Shown here: one piece after another, positions 63,707 through 64,000 of the stretch
Numbering within the stretch: the first letter of the stretch is position 1
Layout: each line of letters starts with the position of its first letter
Assembly (NCBI GenBank): GCA_038523235.1
Contig: JBCBJQ010000010.1
Coordinates: 32,001-96,000 of the forward strand
From: Cyanobacteria bacterium J06626_4
GTDB taxonomy: Bacteria > Cyanobacteriota > Cyanobacteriia > Phormidesmidales > Phormidesmidaceae
DNA: 64,000 bases
Direction of reading: 5' to 3'
Position numbers and translations under genes: made by a program
The notes under the pieces: model-generated
Databases searched by the model: none
What the model was told of the DNA's origin: nothing
What the model saw: the letters and a program-made list of their open reading frames with translations, nothing else

Positions 63707-64000
63707 ATGGAGACTCAACTGACCCCTATTGTTACCTGGTTTGCCCAGCAGCGTTGGCAACCTCTCACTTTTCAGCAGCAGGTCTGGCAAGCCTATCTGT
63801 CAGGTGGCAGTGGGCTGATTCAGGTACCAACGGGCTCTGGCAAAACCTATGCAGCTGTGATGGGACCGATCGCCGAAATGTTGGCGACGCCAGGTGTGGG
63901 ACTGCAGCTGCTGTATTTAACACCGTTACGCGCGCTATCACGAGATATTGAGCAGTCGATTCAGCGCCCAATTCATGAGATGGGCTGGCCCCTGCGGGTA
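63707..64000 (+). CDS. Lhr-like DEXH helicase (ligase-associated DNA damage response type), 5' part, runs off the window
   Basis: METQLTPIVTWFAQQRWQPLTFQ...VPTGSGKTYAA...YLTPLRALSRDI; not in the ORF track because it has no stop. Confidence 0.88.
   Translation, partial: METQLTPIVTWFAQQRWQPLTFQQQVWQAYLSGGSGLIQVPTGSGKTYAAVMGPIAEMLATPGVGLQLLYLTPLRALSRDIEQSIQRPIHEMGWPLRV

Overview
Chromosomal window from a cyanobacterium. Evidence: very frequent HIP1 octamer GCGATCGC, btpA, Tic22, sipA/DUF3148 and a cyanobacterial tmRNA tag. Codon style suggests a Leptolyngbya/Nodosilinea-like organism (inference). Most of it is housekeeping: ureC, argD, gltB-gltD, malQ, rimO, btpA, recR, argJ, tRNA-Pro, murF, rplU-rpmA, ssrA and the start of an Lhr-like helicase. 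Three accessory patches sit at ~0.4-7 kb, ~9-12.6 kb and ~27.2-29.4 kb. The most striking structure, at two separate loci, is a housekeeping gene followed by diverged copies of its own 3' end with cargo genes between them. The last 36 bp of gltD occur three times, each starting at the GATC of a HIP1 site. The last ~243 bp of ureC occur twice with mostly synonymous differences, each followed by a signal-peptidase-I homologue. No integrase or transposase is visible, suggesting recombination-driven cassette stacking at gene ends (inference). Both signal-peptidase paralogues lack the catalytic lysine. Other points: tandem Gly-rich surface proteins with a variable core, a low-GC HEPN gene beside a decayed TA pair, recR apparently starting at ATT, and several MITE/REP-like repeats. 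All calls are by eye; no searches were run.
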